64,000 nt of DNA from Escherichia coli (GTDB taxonomy: Bacteria; Pseudomonadota; Gammaproteobacteria; Enterobacterales; Enterobacteriaceae): NCBI RefSeq assembly GCF_030013595.1, contig NZ_CP122768.1; one strand, written 5' to 3'. The notes beneath the pieces are model-generated. The model was given only the letters and a program-made list of their open reading frames with translations. It ran no database searches and was not told the origin of the DNA. Position 1 is the stretch's first letter; the number at the start of each line of letters is the position of its first letter. Below, piece by piece: positions 25,026 to 34,260 of the stretch. The position numbers and the translations under genes were made by a program.

Positions 25026-26226
25026 ACTCGATATTTTACACGACTCTCTTTACCAATTCTGCCCCGAATTACACTTAAAACGACTCAACAGCTTAACGTT
25101 GGCTTGCCACGCATTACTTGACTGTAAAACTCTCACTCTTACCGAACTTGGCCGTAACCTGCCAACCAAAGCGAGAACAAAACATAACATCAAACGAATC
25201 GACCGATTGTTAGGTAATCGTCACCTCCACAAAGAGCGACTCGCTGTATACCGTTGGCATGCTAGCTTTATCTGTTCGGGCAATACGATGCCCATTGTAC
25301 TTGTTGACTGGTCTGATATTCGTGAGCAAAAACGACTTATGGTATTGCGAGCTTCAGTCGCACTACACGGTCGTTCTGTTACTCTTTATGAGAAAGCGTT
25401 CCCGCTTTCAGAGCAATGTTCAAAGAAAGCTCATGACCAATTTCTAGCCGACCTTGCGAGCATTCTACCGAGTAACACCACACCGCTCATTGTCAGTGAT
25501 GCTGGCTTTAAAGTGCCATGGTATAAATCCGTTGAGAAGCTGGGTTGGTACTGGTTAAGTCGAGTAAGAGGAAAAGTACAATATGCAGACCTAGGAGCGG
25601 AAAACTGGAAACCTATCAGCAACTTACATGATATGTCATCTAGTCACTCAAAGACTTTAGGCTATAAGAGGCTGACTAAAAGCAATCCAATCTCATGCCA
25701 AATTCTATTGTATAAATCTCGCTCTAAAGGCCGAAAAAATCAGCGCTCGACACGGACTCATTGTCACCACCCGTCACCTAAAATCTACTCAGCGTCGGCA
25801 AAGGAGCCATGGGTTCTAGCAACTAACTTACCTGTTGAAATTCGAACACCCAAACAACTTGTTAATATCTATTCGAAGCGAATGCAGATTGAAGAAACCT
25901 TCCGAGACTTGAAAAGTCCTGCCTACGGACTAGGCCTACGCCATAGCCGAACGAGCAGCTCAGAGCGTTTTGATATCATGCTGCTAATCGCCCTGATGCT
26001 TCAACTAACATGTTGGCTTGCGGGCGTTCATGCTCAGAAACAAGGTTGGGACAAGCACTTCCAGGCTAACACAGTCAGAAATCGAAACGTACTCTCAACA
26101 GTTCGCTTAGGCATGGAAGTTTTGCGGCATTCTGGCTACACAATAACAAGGGAAGACTTACTCGTGGCTGCAACCCTACTAGCTCAAAATTTATTCACAC
26201 ATGGTTACGCTTTGGGGAAATTATGA
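25018..26226 (+). CDS. IS10 transposase
   Basis: 402 aa, MCELDILHDSLYQFCPELHLKRLNSL...HGYALGKL; identical at protein level to the copy at 31470..32678. Confidence 0.93.
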   Translation: MCELDILHDSLYQFCPELHLKRLNSLTLACHALLDCKTLTLTELGRNLPTKARTKHNIKRIDRLLGNRHLHKERLAVYRWHASFICSGNTMPIVLVDWSDIREQKRLMVLRASVALHGRSVTLYEKAFPLSEQCSKKAHDQFLADLASILPSNTTPLIVSDAGFKVPWYKSVEKLGWYWLSRVRGKVQYADLGAENWKPISNLHDMSSSHSKTLGYKRLTKSNPISCQILLYKSRSKGRKNQRSTRTHCHHPSPKIYSASAKEPWVLATNLPVEIRTPKQLVNIYSKRMQIEETFRDLKSPAYGLGLRHSRTSSSERFDIMLLIALMLQLTCWLAGVHAQKQGWDKHFQANTVRNRNVLSTVRLGMEVLRHSGYTITREDLLVAATLLAQNLFTHGYALGKL

Positions 26227-26239
26227 GGGGATCTCTCAG

Positions 26240-26659
26240 GGCGTAGTGGATATCGGCGGCGGCACTACCGGCATTGCCATCGTGAAAAAGGGCAAGGTGA
26301 CGTACTCGGCGGATGAAGCCACTGGCGGACATCACATCTCTCTGACTCTCGCCGGAAATCGCCGTATTTCGCTGGAAGAGGCGGAGCAGTACAAGCGCGG
26401 TCACGGTGAAGAGATTTGGCCTGCGGTGAAACCGGTGTACGAAAAAATGGCGGACATTGTCGCCCGGCATATTGAAGGGCAGGGCATTACTGATTTATGG
26501 CTGGCGGGCGGCTCCTGTATGCAACCGGGCGTGGCGGAACTGTTTTGCAAACAATTCCCGGCGTTACAGGTGCATCTACCGCAGCACAGTTTGTTTATGA
26601 CCCCGCTGGCGATCGCCAGTAGCGGGCGAGAGAAAGCGGAGGGGATCTATGCAAAATGA
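26240..26659 (+). pseudogene. eutJ: eutJ 3' fragment (starts with the duplicated 9 bp)
   Basis: In frame with the 5' fragment after removing the IS and one TSD copy; Hsp70/actin-like ATPase motif DIGGGTT. Confidence 0.85.
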
Positions 26660-27836
26660 ATTGCAGACCGCGCTCTTTCAGGCGTTCGATACCCTGAATC
26701 TGCAACGGGTAAAAACATTTAGCGTTCCACCAGTGACGCTTTGCGGTCCGGGCGCGATGAGCAGTTGCGGGCAGCAAGCGCAAACGCGTGGGCTGAAACA
26801 TCTGTTCGTGATGGCAGACAGCTTTTTGCATCAGGCGGGGATGACCGCCGGGCTGACGCGTAGCCTGGCCGTTAAAGGTATCGCCATGACGCTCTGGCCA
26901 TGTCCGGTGGGCGAACCGTGCATCACCGACGTGTGTGCAGCCGTGGCGCAGTTGCGTGAATCGGGTTGCGATGGGGTGATCGCGTTTGGCGGCGGCTCGG
27001 TGCTGGATGCAGCAAAAGCCGTGGCGTTGCTGGTGACGAACCCGGATAGCACGCTGGCAGAGATGTCAGAAACCAGCGTTCTGCAACCGCGCCTGCCGTT
27101 GATTGCCATTCCAACTACCGCCGGAACCGGTTCTGAAACCACCAACGTAACGGTGATTATCGACGCGGTGAGCGGGCGCAAGCAGGTGTTAGCCCACGCC
27201 TCGCTGATGCCGGATGTGGCGATTCTCGACGCTACGCTGACCGAAGGCGTGCCGTCGCATGTCACGGCGATGACCGGTATCGACGCGTTAACCCATGCTA
27301 TTGAAGCGTACAGCGCGCTGAACGCTACACCGTTTACCGACAGCCTGGCGATTGGCGCAATCGCGATGATTGGTAAATCACTGCCGAAAGCGGTGGGCTA
27401 CGGTCATGACCTTGCCGCGCGCGAGAGCATGTTGCTGGCTTCATGCATGGCGGGAATGGCGTTTTCCAGTGCGGGGCTTGGGTTATGCCACGCGATGGCG
27501 CATCAGCCAGGGGCGGCGCTGCATATTCCGCACGGTCTGGCGAACGCTATGTTGCTGCCAACGGTGATGGAATTTAACCGGATGGTTTGTCGTGATCGGT
27601 TTAGCTTGGTTGGTCGGGCGCTGCGAACTAAAAAATCCGACGATCGTGACGCTATTAACGCGGTAAGTGAGCTGATTGCGGAAGTCGGGATTGGTAAACG
27701 ACTGGGCGATATTGGTGCGACATCTGCGCATTACGGCGCATGGGCGCAGGCCGCGCTGGAAGATATTTGTCTGCGCAGCAACCCGCGTACCGCCAGCCTG
27801 GAGCAGATTGTCGGCCTGTACGCAGCGGCGCAATAA
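26649..27836 (+). CDS. eutG: Iron-containing alcohol dehydrogenase EutG
   Basis: 395 aa, Fe-ADH family. Confidence 0.88.
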   Translation: MQNELQTALFQAFDTLNLQRVKTFSVPPVTLCGPGAMSSCGQQAQTRGLKHLFVMADSFLHQAGMTAGLTRSLAVKGIAMTLWPCPVGEPCITDVCAAVAQLRESGCDGVIAFGGGSVLDAAKAVALLVTNPDSTLAEMSETSVLQPRLPLIAIPTTAGTGSETTNVTVIIDAVSGRKQVLAHASLMPDVAILDATLTEGVPSHVTAMTGIDALTHAIEAYSALNATPFTDSLAIGAIAMIGKSLPKAVGYGHDLAARESMLLASCMAGMAFSSAGLGLCHAMAHQPGAALHIPHGLANAMLLPTVMEFNRMVCRDRFSLVGRALRTKKSDDRDAINAVSELIAEVGIGKRLGDIGATSAHYGAWAQAALEDICLRSNPRTASLEQIVGLYAAAQ

Positions 27837-27842
27837 AAGTGT

Positions 27843-27940
27843 ACGGACAGTCCCCTCGCCCCTTTGGGGAGAGGGTTAGGGTGAGGGGAACAGAGTCGCG
27901 CCGGTGCAAACAATTACCCTCACCCCGGCCCCTCGGCTTC
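27843..27940. repeat. GC-rich interspersed palindromic repeat (boxC-like), copy 2, with an extra inverted arm
   Basis: acggacagtcccctcgcccctttggggagagggttagggtgaggggaac, then ttaccctcaccccggcccctcggc, which is partly complementary to it. Confidence 0.55.
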
Positions 27941-28005
27941 CAGAGTGAGGGAAAAACCCACTTTCAGCATTGGCAATAAATAACAACTAACAGGGAGTAA
28001 AGGCG

Positions 28006-29232
28006 ATGGGAATTAACGAAATCATCATGTACATCATGATGTTCTTTATGCTGATAGCTGCCGTAGACAGGATCCTGTCGCAGTTCGGCGGTTCTGCTCG
28101 TTTCCTCGGTAAGTTCGGTAAAAGTATCGAAGGATCCGGCGGGCAGTTTGAAGAAGGCTTTATGGCGATGGGCGCACTGGGCCTGGCGATGGTTGGTATG
28201 ACCGCGCTGGCACCTGTTCTGGCCCACGTACTCGGACCGGTGATTATCCCGGTTTACGAAATGCTCGGTGCAAACCCGTCAATGTTCGCCGGAACACTGC
28301 TGGCGTGCGATATGGGCGGGTTCTTCCTCGCCAAAGAGCTGGCGGGCGGCGACGTAGCAGCGTGGCTATACTCTGGGTTAATTCTCGGGTCGATGATGGG
28401 GCCAACGATTGTGTTTTCCATTCCGGTGGCGCTCGGCATTATCGAACCTTCTGACCGTCGTTATCTGGCGCTCGGCGTGCTGGCGGGCATTGTGACCATT
28501 CCGATTGGCTGTATTGCTGGTGGTCTGGTTGCTATGTACTCCGGTGTGCAGATCAACGGTCAGCCGGTGGAATTCACCTTTGCGCTGATCCTGATGAACA
28601 TGATCCCGGTACTTATCGTTGCGGTGCTGGTGGCGCTGGGGCTGAAATTCATCCCGGAAAAAATGATCAACGGCTTCCAGATCTTCGCCAAATTCCTCGT
28701 TGCATTGATCACCCTCGGTCTTGCTGCCGCGGTAGTGAAATTCCTCCTTGGCTGGGAACTGATCCCGGGCCTTGATCCTATCTTTATGGCCCCTGGCGAC
28801 AAACCCGGTGAAGTGATGCGCGCCATTGAAGTTATCGGTTCTATCTCCTGCGTTCTGTTAGGGGCGTATCCGATGGTGCTGCTGCTGACCCGCTGGTTTG
28901 AAAAACCGCTGATGAGCGTCGGTAAAGTGCTGAATATGAACAACATCGCGGCAGCCGGCATGGTGGCAACGCTTGCCAACAACATCCCGATGTTCGGCAT
29001 GATGAAGCAGATGGATACCCGCGGCAAAGTCATCAACTGCGCCTTCGCCGTTTCCGCTGCTTTCGCCCTGGGCGACCACTTAGGCTTCGCCGCTGCCAAC
29101 ATGAACGCCATGATTTTCCCGATGATTGTCGGCAAATTGATCGGCGGCGTAACGGCGATTGGCGTGGCGATGATGCTGGTGCCAAAAGAAGACGCGACCG
29201 CGGCTAAAACCGAAGCGGAGGCACAATCGTGA
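28006..29232 (+). CDS. eutH: Ethanolamine permease EutH
   Basis: 408 aa polytopic membrane protein. Confidence 0.88.
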   Translation: MGINEIIMYIMMFFMLIAAVDRILSQFGGSARFLGKFGKSIEGSGGQFEEGFMAMGALGLAMVGMTALAPVLAHVLGPVIIPVYEMLGANPSMFAGTLLACDMGGFFLAKELAGGDVAAWLYSGLILGSMMGPTIVFSIPVALGIIEPSDRRYLALGVLAGIVTIPIGCIAGGLVAMYSGVQINGQPVEFTFALILMNMIPVLIVAVLVALGLKFIPEKMINGFQIFAKFLVALITLGLAAAVVKFLLGWELIPGLDPIFMAPGDKPGEVMRAIEVIGSISCVLLGAYPMVLLLTRWFEKPLMSVGKVLNMNNIAAAGMVATLANNIPMFGMMKQMDTRGKVINCAFAVSAAFALGDHLGFAAANMNAMIFPMIVGKLIGGVTAIGVAMMLVPKEDATAAKTEAEAQS

Positions 29233-30632
29233 ACACTCGCCAGCTACTGAGCGTCGGTATCGATATCGGCACCACCACCACCCAGGTGATTTTCTCCCAC
29301 CTGGAGCTGGTTAACCGTGCGGCGGTGTCGCAGGTGCCGCGCTACGAATTCATCAAACGCGAAATTAGCTGGCAAAGCCCGGTGTTCTTTACCCCTGTCG
29401 ATAAACAGGGTGGTTTAAAAGAAGCGGAACTGAAAACCTTAATCCTCGAGCAATATCAGGCTGCGGGCATTGCGCCGGAAAGCGTTGATTCTGGTGCCAT
29501 CATTATCACCGGTGAAAGCGCAAAAACCCGCAACGCTCGCCCGGCGGTGATGGCGCTCTCCCGGTCGCTGGGCGATTTTGTCGTCGCCAGCGCCGGGCCG
29601 CATCTTGAATCCGTGATCGCCGGACACGGTGCCGGGGCGCAAACCCTTTCTGAACAACGGCTGTGTCGGGTCCTGAATATCGATATCGGCGGTGGCACCG
29701 CGAACTACGCCCTGTTCGATGCCGGAAAAATCAGCGGCACTGCCTGCCTCAACGTCAGCGGTCGCCTGCTGGAAACCGACAGCCAGGGGCGCGTGGTTTA
29801 CGCTCATAAACCGGGGCAGATGATTGTGGATGAGTGCTTCGGTGCCGGTACTGACGCCCGTTCGCTGACTGGCGGGCAGCTGGTGCAGGTTACCCGCCGG
29901 ATGGCAGAGCTGATTGTCGAAGTGATTGACGGAACGCTCTCGCCGCTCGCGCAGGCATTGATGCAAACCGATTTGCTGCCCGCAGGTGTTACGCCCGAAA
30001 TCATTACGCTTTCTGGCGGGGTAGGCGAATGTTATCGCCACCAGCCCACCGACCCGTTCTGTTTTGCCGATATCGGCCCGCTTCTGGCAACGGCGCTGCA
30101 TGACCATCCGCGTCTGCGTGAGATGAACGTGCAGTTTCCGGCGCAAACCGTGCGCGCCACGGTGATTGGCGCGGGTGCTCATACCCTTTCGCTCTCTGGC
30201 AGCACAATCTGGCTGGAGGGCGTACAACTGCCGCTGCGCAATTTGCCAGTGGCGATCCCGATTGATGAAACGGATCTGGTCAGTGCCTGGCAACAGGCGC
30301 TGATTCAACTGGATCTTTGCCCCAAAACTGACGCGTACGTGCTGGCGCTTCCCGCCTCGCTGCCTGTGCGTTACGCCGCGGTACTGACGGTCATCAACGC
30401 GCTGGTCGATTTCGTCGCGCGTTTTCCGAATCCGCATCCCCTGCTGGTGGTGGCCGGGCAGGACTTTGGTAAAGCTCTGGGCATGTTGTTGCGCCCACAG
30501 CTACAACAACTCCCGTTGGCAGTCATTGACGAAGTGATTGTCCGCGCGGGGGACTATATCGACATTGGTACGCCTCTTTTTGGCGGATCGGTTGTGCCGG
30601 TGACGGTGAAATCACTCGCATTTCCTTCCTGA
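29229..30632 (+). CDS. eutA: Ethanolamine ammonia-lyase reactivase EutA
   Basis: 467 aa; ATGA-type 4-bp overlap with eutH. Confidence 0.88.
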   Translation: MNTRQLLSVGIDIGTTTTQVIFSHLELVNRAAVSQVPRYEFIKREISWQSPVFFTPVDKQGGLKEAELKTLILEQYQAAGIAPESVDSGAIIITGESAKTRNARPAVMALSRSLGDFVVASAGPHLESVIAGHGAGAQTLSEQRLCRVLNIDIGGGTANYALFDAGKISGTACLNVSGRLLETDSQGRVVYAHKPGQMIVDECFGAGTDARSLTGGQLVQVTRRMAELIVEVIDGTLSPLAQALMQTDLLPAGVTPEIITLSGGVGECYRHQPTDPFCFADIGPLLATALHDHPRLREMNVQFPAQTVRATVIGAGAHTLSLSGSTIWLEGVQLPLRNLPVAIPIDETDLVSAWQQALIQLDLCPKTDAYVLALPASLPVRYAAVLTVINALVDFVARFPNPHPLLVVAGQDFGKALGMLLRPQLQQLPLAVIDEVIVRAGDYIDIGTPLFGGSVVPVTVKSLAFPS

Positions 30633-30643
30633 GGGAACGACTT

Positions 30644-31456
30644 ATGAAACTAAAGACCACATTGTTCGGCAATGTATATCAGTTTAAGGATGTAAAAGAG
30701 GTGCTGGCTAAAGCCAACGAACTGCGTTCGGGGGATGTGCTGGCGGGCGTTGCTGCGGCAAGTTCACAGGAGCGCGTGGCGGCAAAGCAGGTGTTGTCGG
30801 AAATGACCGTAGCGGACATCCGCAATAATCCGGTGATTGCCTATGAAGATGACTGCGTGACGCGGCTGATTCAGGACGACGTTAACGAAACGGCCTATAA
30901 CCAGATTAAAAACTGGAGCATCAGCGAACTGCGTGAGTATGTGCTGAGCGATGAAATCAGCGTGGACGACATTGCCTTTACCCGCAAAGGGCTGACCTCG
31001 GAAGTGGTGGCGGCGGTAGCGAAGATTTGCTCCAACGCGGACCTGATCTACAGCGCGAAGAAAATGCCGGTGATCAAAAAGGCCAATACCACCATCGGTA
31101 TTCCGGGCACCTTTAGCGCCCGTTTGCAGCCGAACGATACCCGTGACGACGTGCAAAGTATCGCCGCGCAAATCTACGAAGGGCTTTCCTTCGGGGTGGG
31201 CGATGCGGTGATTGGCGTTAACCCGGTGACTGACGACGTGGAAAACTTAAGCCGCGTGTTGGATACCATTTATGGCGTGATCGACAAATTCAACATCCCA
31301 ACTCAGGGCTGCGTACTGGCGCACGTCACCACCCAGATCGAAGCGATCCGTCGTGGCGCACCAGGCGGGCTGATTTTCCAGAGTATCTGTGGCAGCGAAA
31401 AAGGGCTGAAAGAGTTTGGCGTAGAGCTGGCGATGCTCGATGAAGCACGCGCAGTG
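30644..31456 (+). pseudogene. eutB: eutB 5' fragment (ethanolamine ammonia-lyase large subunit), interrupted by IS10
   Basis: MKLKTTLFGNVYQFKDVKEVLAKANELRSGDV...; frame enters the IS10 inside end at 31457. 30644..31456 plus 32795..33343 gives 454 codons (453 aa). Confidence 0.88.
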
Positions 31457-31469
31457 CTGAGAGATCCCC

Positions 31470-32678
31470 TCATAATTTCCCCAAAGCGTAACCATGTGTG
31501 AATAAATTTTGAGCTAGTAGGGTTGCAGCCACGAGTAAGTCTTCCCTTGTTATTGTGTAGCCAGAATGCCGCAAAACTTCCATGCCTAAGCGAACTGTTG
31601 AGAGTACGTTTCGATTTCTGACTGTGTTAGCCTGGAAGTGCTTGTCCCAACCTTGTTTCTGAGCATGAACGCCCGCAAGCCAACATGTTAGTTGAAGCAT
31701 CAGGGCGATTAGCAGCATGATATCAAAACGCTCTGAGCTGCTCGTTCGGCTATGGCGTAGGCCTAGTCCGTAGGCAGGACTTTTCAAGTCTCGGAAGGTT
31801 TCTTCAATCTGCATTCGCTTCGAATAGATATTAACAAGTTGTTTGGGTGTTCGAATTTCAACAGGTAAGTTAGTTGCTAGAACCCATGGCTCCTTTGCCG
31901 ACGCTGAGTAGATTTTAGGTGACGGGTGGTGACAATGAGTCCGTGTCGAGCGCTGATTTTTTCGGCCTTTAGAGCGAGATTTATACAATAGAATTTGGCA
32001 TGAGATTGGATTGCTTTTAGTCAGCCTCTTATAGCCTAAAGTCTTTGAGTGACTAGATGACATATCATGTAAGTTGCTGATAGGTTTCCAGTTTTCCGCT
32101 CCTAGGTCTGCATATTGTACTTTTCCTCTTACTCGACTTAACCAGTACCAACCCAGCTTCTCAACGGATTTATACCATGGCACTTTAAAGCCAGCATCAC
32201 TGACAATGAGCGGTGTGGTGTTACTCGGTAGAATGCTCGCAAGGTCGGCTAGAAATTGGTCATGAGCTTTCTTTGAACATTGCTCTGAAAGCGGGAACGC
32301 TTTCTCATAAAGAGTAACAGAACGACCGTGTAGTGCGACTGAAGCTCGCAATACCATAAGTCGTTTTTGCTCACGAATATCAGACCAGTCAACAAGTACA
32401 ATGGGCATCGTATTGCCCGAACAGATAAAGCTAGCATGCCAACGGTATACAGCGAGTCGCTCTTTGTGGAGGTGACGATTACCTAACAATCGGTCGATTC
32501 GTTTGATGTTATGTTTTGTTCTCGCTTTGGTTGGCAGGTTACGGCCAAGTTCGGTAAGAGTGAGAGTTTTACAGTCAAGTAATGCGTGGCAAGCCAACGT
32601 TAAGCTGTTGAGTCGTTTTAAGTGTAATTCGGGGCAGAATTGGTAAAGAGAGTCGTGTAAAATATCGAGTTCGCACAT
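31470..32678 (-). CDS. IS10 transposase
   Basis: 402 aa, identical to the copy at 25018..26226. Confidence 0.93.
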   Translation of the reverse strand: MCELDILHDSLYQFCPELHLKRLNSLTLACHALLDCKTLTLTELGRNLPTKARTKHNIKRIDRLLGNRHLHKERLAVYRWHASFICSGNTMPIVLVDWSDIREQKRLMVLRASVALHGRSVTLYEKAFPLSEQCSKKAHDQFLADLASILPSNTTPLIVSDAGFKVPWYKSVEKLGWYWLSRVRGKVQYADLGAENWKPISNLHDMSSSHSKTLGYKRLTKSNPISCQILLYKSRSKGRKNQRSTRTHCHHPSPKIYSASAKEPWVLATNLPVEIRTPKQLVNIYSKRMQIEETFRDLKSPAYGLGLRHSRTSSSERFDIMLLIALMLQLTCWLAGVHAQKQGWDKHFQANTVRNRNVLSTVRLGMEVLRHSGYTITREDLLVAATLLAQNLFTHGYALGKL

Positions 32679-32739
32679 CTTGTTGTCTGATTATTGATTT
32701 TTCGCGAAACCATTTGATCATATGACAAGATGTGTATCC
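32671..32739 (+). ncRNA. Predicted IS10 antisense RNA-OUT of copy 2, placed by position
   Basis: Mirror of the copy-1 placement; pOUT points toward the outside end at 32785 and onward into eutB'-eutC. Confidence 0.4.
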
Positions 32740-32785
32740 ACCTTAACTTAATGATTTTTACCAAAATCATTAGGGGATTCATCAG

Positions 32786-33343
32786 CGCGCAGTGGGCGCG
32801 GAGTTCAACCGTATCGCCGGGGAAAACTGTCTCTACTTCGAAACCGGGCAAGGCTCGGCGCTGTCCGCTGGCGCGAACTTCGGCGCAGACCAGGTGACGA
32901 TGGAAGCGCGTAACTATGGGCTGGCGCGTCATTACGATCCGTTTATCGTCAACACCGTGGTCGGTTTTATTGGGCCGGAGTATCTCTACAACGACCGCCA
33001 GATTATCCGTGCGGGCTTAGAAGATCACTTTATGGGCAAGCTGAGCGGCATCTCGATGGGCTGTGACTGCTGCTACACCAACCACGCTGACGCTGATCAG
33101 AACCTCAACGAAAACCTGATGATCCTGCTCGCCATCGCAGGCTGTAACTACATCATGGGGATGCCGCTGGGCGATGACATCATGCTCAACTATCAGACCA
33201 CCGCATTCCACGACACTGCCACTGTGCGTCAGTTACTCAACCTGCGCCCGTCACCGGAGTTTGAACGCTGGCTGGAAAGCATGGGCATTATGGCAAACGG
33301 TCGCCTGACCAAACGGGCGGGCGATCCGTCACTGTTCTTCTGA
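32786..33343 (+). pseudogene. eutB: eutB 3' fragment (starts with the duplicated 9 bp)
   Basis: ...RAVGAEFNRIAGENCLYFETGQG... continues the EutB frame and ends at the TGA at 33341-33343. Confidence 0.88.
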
Positions 33344-33363
33344 TGACGCGGAGATAACACATC

Positions 33364-34251
33364 ATGGATCAAAAACAGATTGAAGAAATTGTACGCAGCG
33401 TGATGGCGTCAATGGGACAAGCGGCCCCCGCGCCGTCAGAAGCAAAGTGCGCCACCACCACCTGTGCGGCACCGGTGACCTCTGAAAGCTGTGCGCTGGA
33501 TTTAGGTTCTGCGGAAGCAAAAGCGTGGATTGGTGTTGAAAACCCGCATCGCGCAGACGTATTAACAGAACTGCGTCGCAGCACCGTGGCCCGCGTTTGT
33601 ACCGGTCGTGCCGGTCCGCGTCCGCGCACCCAGGCGTTGCTGCGTTTCCTGGCCGATCACTCTCGTTCGAAAGATACCGTTCTGAAAGAAGTACCGGAAG
33701 AGTGGGTGAAAGCGCAGGGCTTGCTGGAAGTCCGCTCCGAAATCAGCGACAAAAATCTCTACCTGACTCGTCCGGATATGGGCCGCCGCCTGTGTGCAGA
33801 AGCTGTTGAAGCGCTGAAAGCACAGTGTGTTGCTAATCCGGACGTGCAGGTCGTTATTTCTGATGGCCTGTCAACTGATGCGATCACCGTGAACTACGAA
33901 GAGATCCTGCCGCCGCTGATGGCGGGCCTGAAGCAAGCCGGGCTGAAAGTCGGTACGCCATTCTTTGTACGTTATGGTCGCGTGAAGATTGAAGATCAGA
34001 TCGGTGAGATCCTAGGCGCGAAAGTAGTGATCCTGCTGGTGGGCGAACGTCCGGGGTTGGGGCAGTCAGAAAGCCTCTCCTGCTACGCCGTTTACTCGCC
34101 GCGTATGGCGACCACCGTTGAGGCCGATCGCACCTGTATCTCTAACATTCACCAGGGCGGCACGCCGCCGGTTGAAGCCGCAGCCGTCATTGTGGATTTG
34201 GCGAAACGTATGCTGGAGCAGAAAGCATCCGGCATCAACATGACCCGATAA
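33364..34251 (+). CDS. eutC: Ethanolamine ammonia-lyase small subunit EutC
   Basis: 295 aa, operon position immediately after eutB. Confidence 0.88.
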   Translation: MDQKQIEEIVRSVMASMGQAAPAPSEAKCATTTCAAPVTSESCALDLGSAEAKAWIGVENPHRADVLTELRRSTVARVCTGRAGPRPRTQALLRFLADHSRSKDTVLKEVPEEWVKAQGLLEVRSEISDKNLYLTRPDMGRRLCAEAVEALKAQCVANPDVQVVISDGLSTDAITVNYEEILPPLMAGLKQAGLKVGTPFFVRYGRVKIEDQIGEILGAKVVILLVGERPGLGQSESLSCYAVYSPRMATTVEADRTCISNIHQGGTPPVEAAAVIVDLAKRMLEQKASGINMTR

Positions 34252-34260
34252 GGAGGCATC

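Larger units (their letters stand above)
24911..26239 (+). mobile_element. IS10 copy 1 (1329 bp), outside end at 24911, inside end at 26239
   Basis: Termini CTGATGAATCCCCTAATGATTTTGG (outside end) and CCCCAAA...GGGGATCTCTCAG (inside end); 9-bp target-site duplication GGCGTAGTG at 24902-24910 and 26240-26248. Confidence 0.93.
31457..32785 (-). mobile_element. IS10 copy 2 (1329 bp), inverted relative to copy 1; inside end at 31457, outside end at 32785
   Basis: Termini CTGAGAGATCCCCTCATAATTTCCCC (inside end) and ...CCAAAATCATTAGGGGATTCATCAG (outside end); 9-bp target-site duplication CGCGCAGTG at 31448-31456 and 32786-32794. Confidence 0.93.

Noticed and set aside
24485-25078. 197-aa ORF fusing the eutJ N-terminus to IS10 sequence, and similar junction ORFs (26201-26659, 30644-31501, 31247-31495, 32618-32932)
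   Set aside because: These are read-through artefacts created where a gene frame crosses an IS terminus; the non-eut portions are fortuitous translations of IS10 ends.
29439-30437. Long antisense ORFs inside known genes (for example 332 aa opposite eutA; also 9265-10173, 14230-14907, 17537-18178, 23632-24261, 23832-24467, 40104-40898, 47060-47788, 49600-50457, 60319-60960, 62557-63051)
   Set aside because: Each lies entirely within a well-supported gene on the other strand and has a low-complexity, Arg/Ala/Gly-rich translation typical of shadow ORFs in GC-rich coding sequence; none has its own plausible ribosome-binding site context.
24911-32785. The IS10-bounded segment as a transposon that arrived as a unit, or as an inverted segment
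   Set aside because: Each IS10 has its own distinct 9-bp target duplication, and the internal eut genes are in canonical order and orientation, in frame with the interrupted eutJ and eutB flanks. This means two independent insertions and no inversion.
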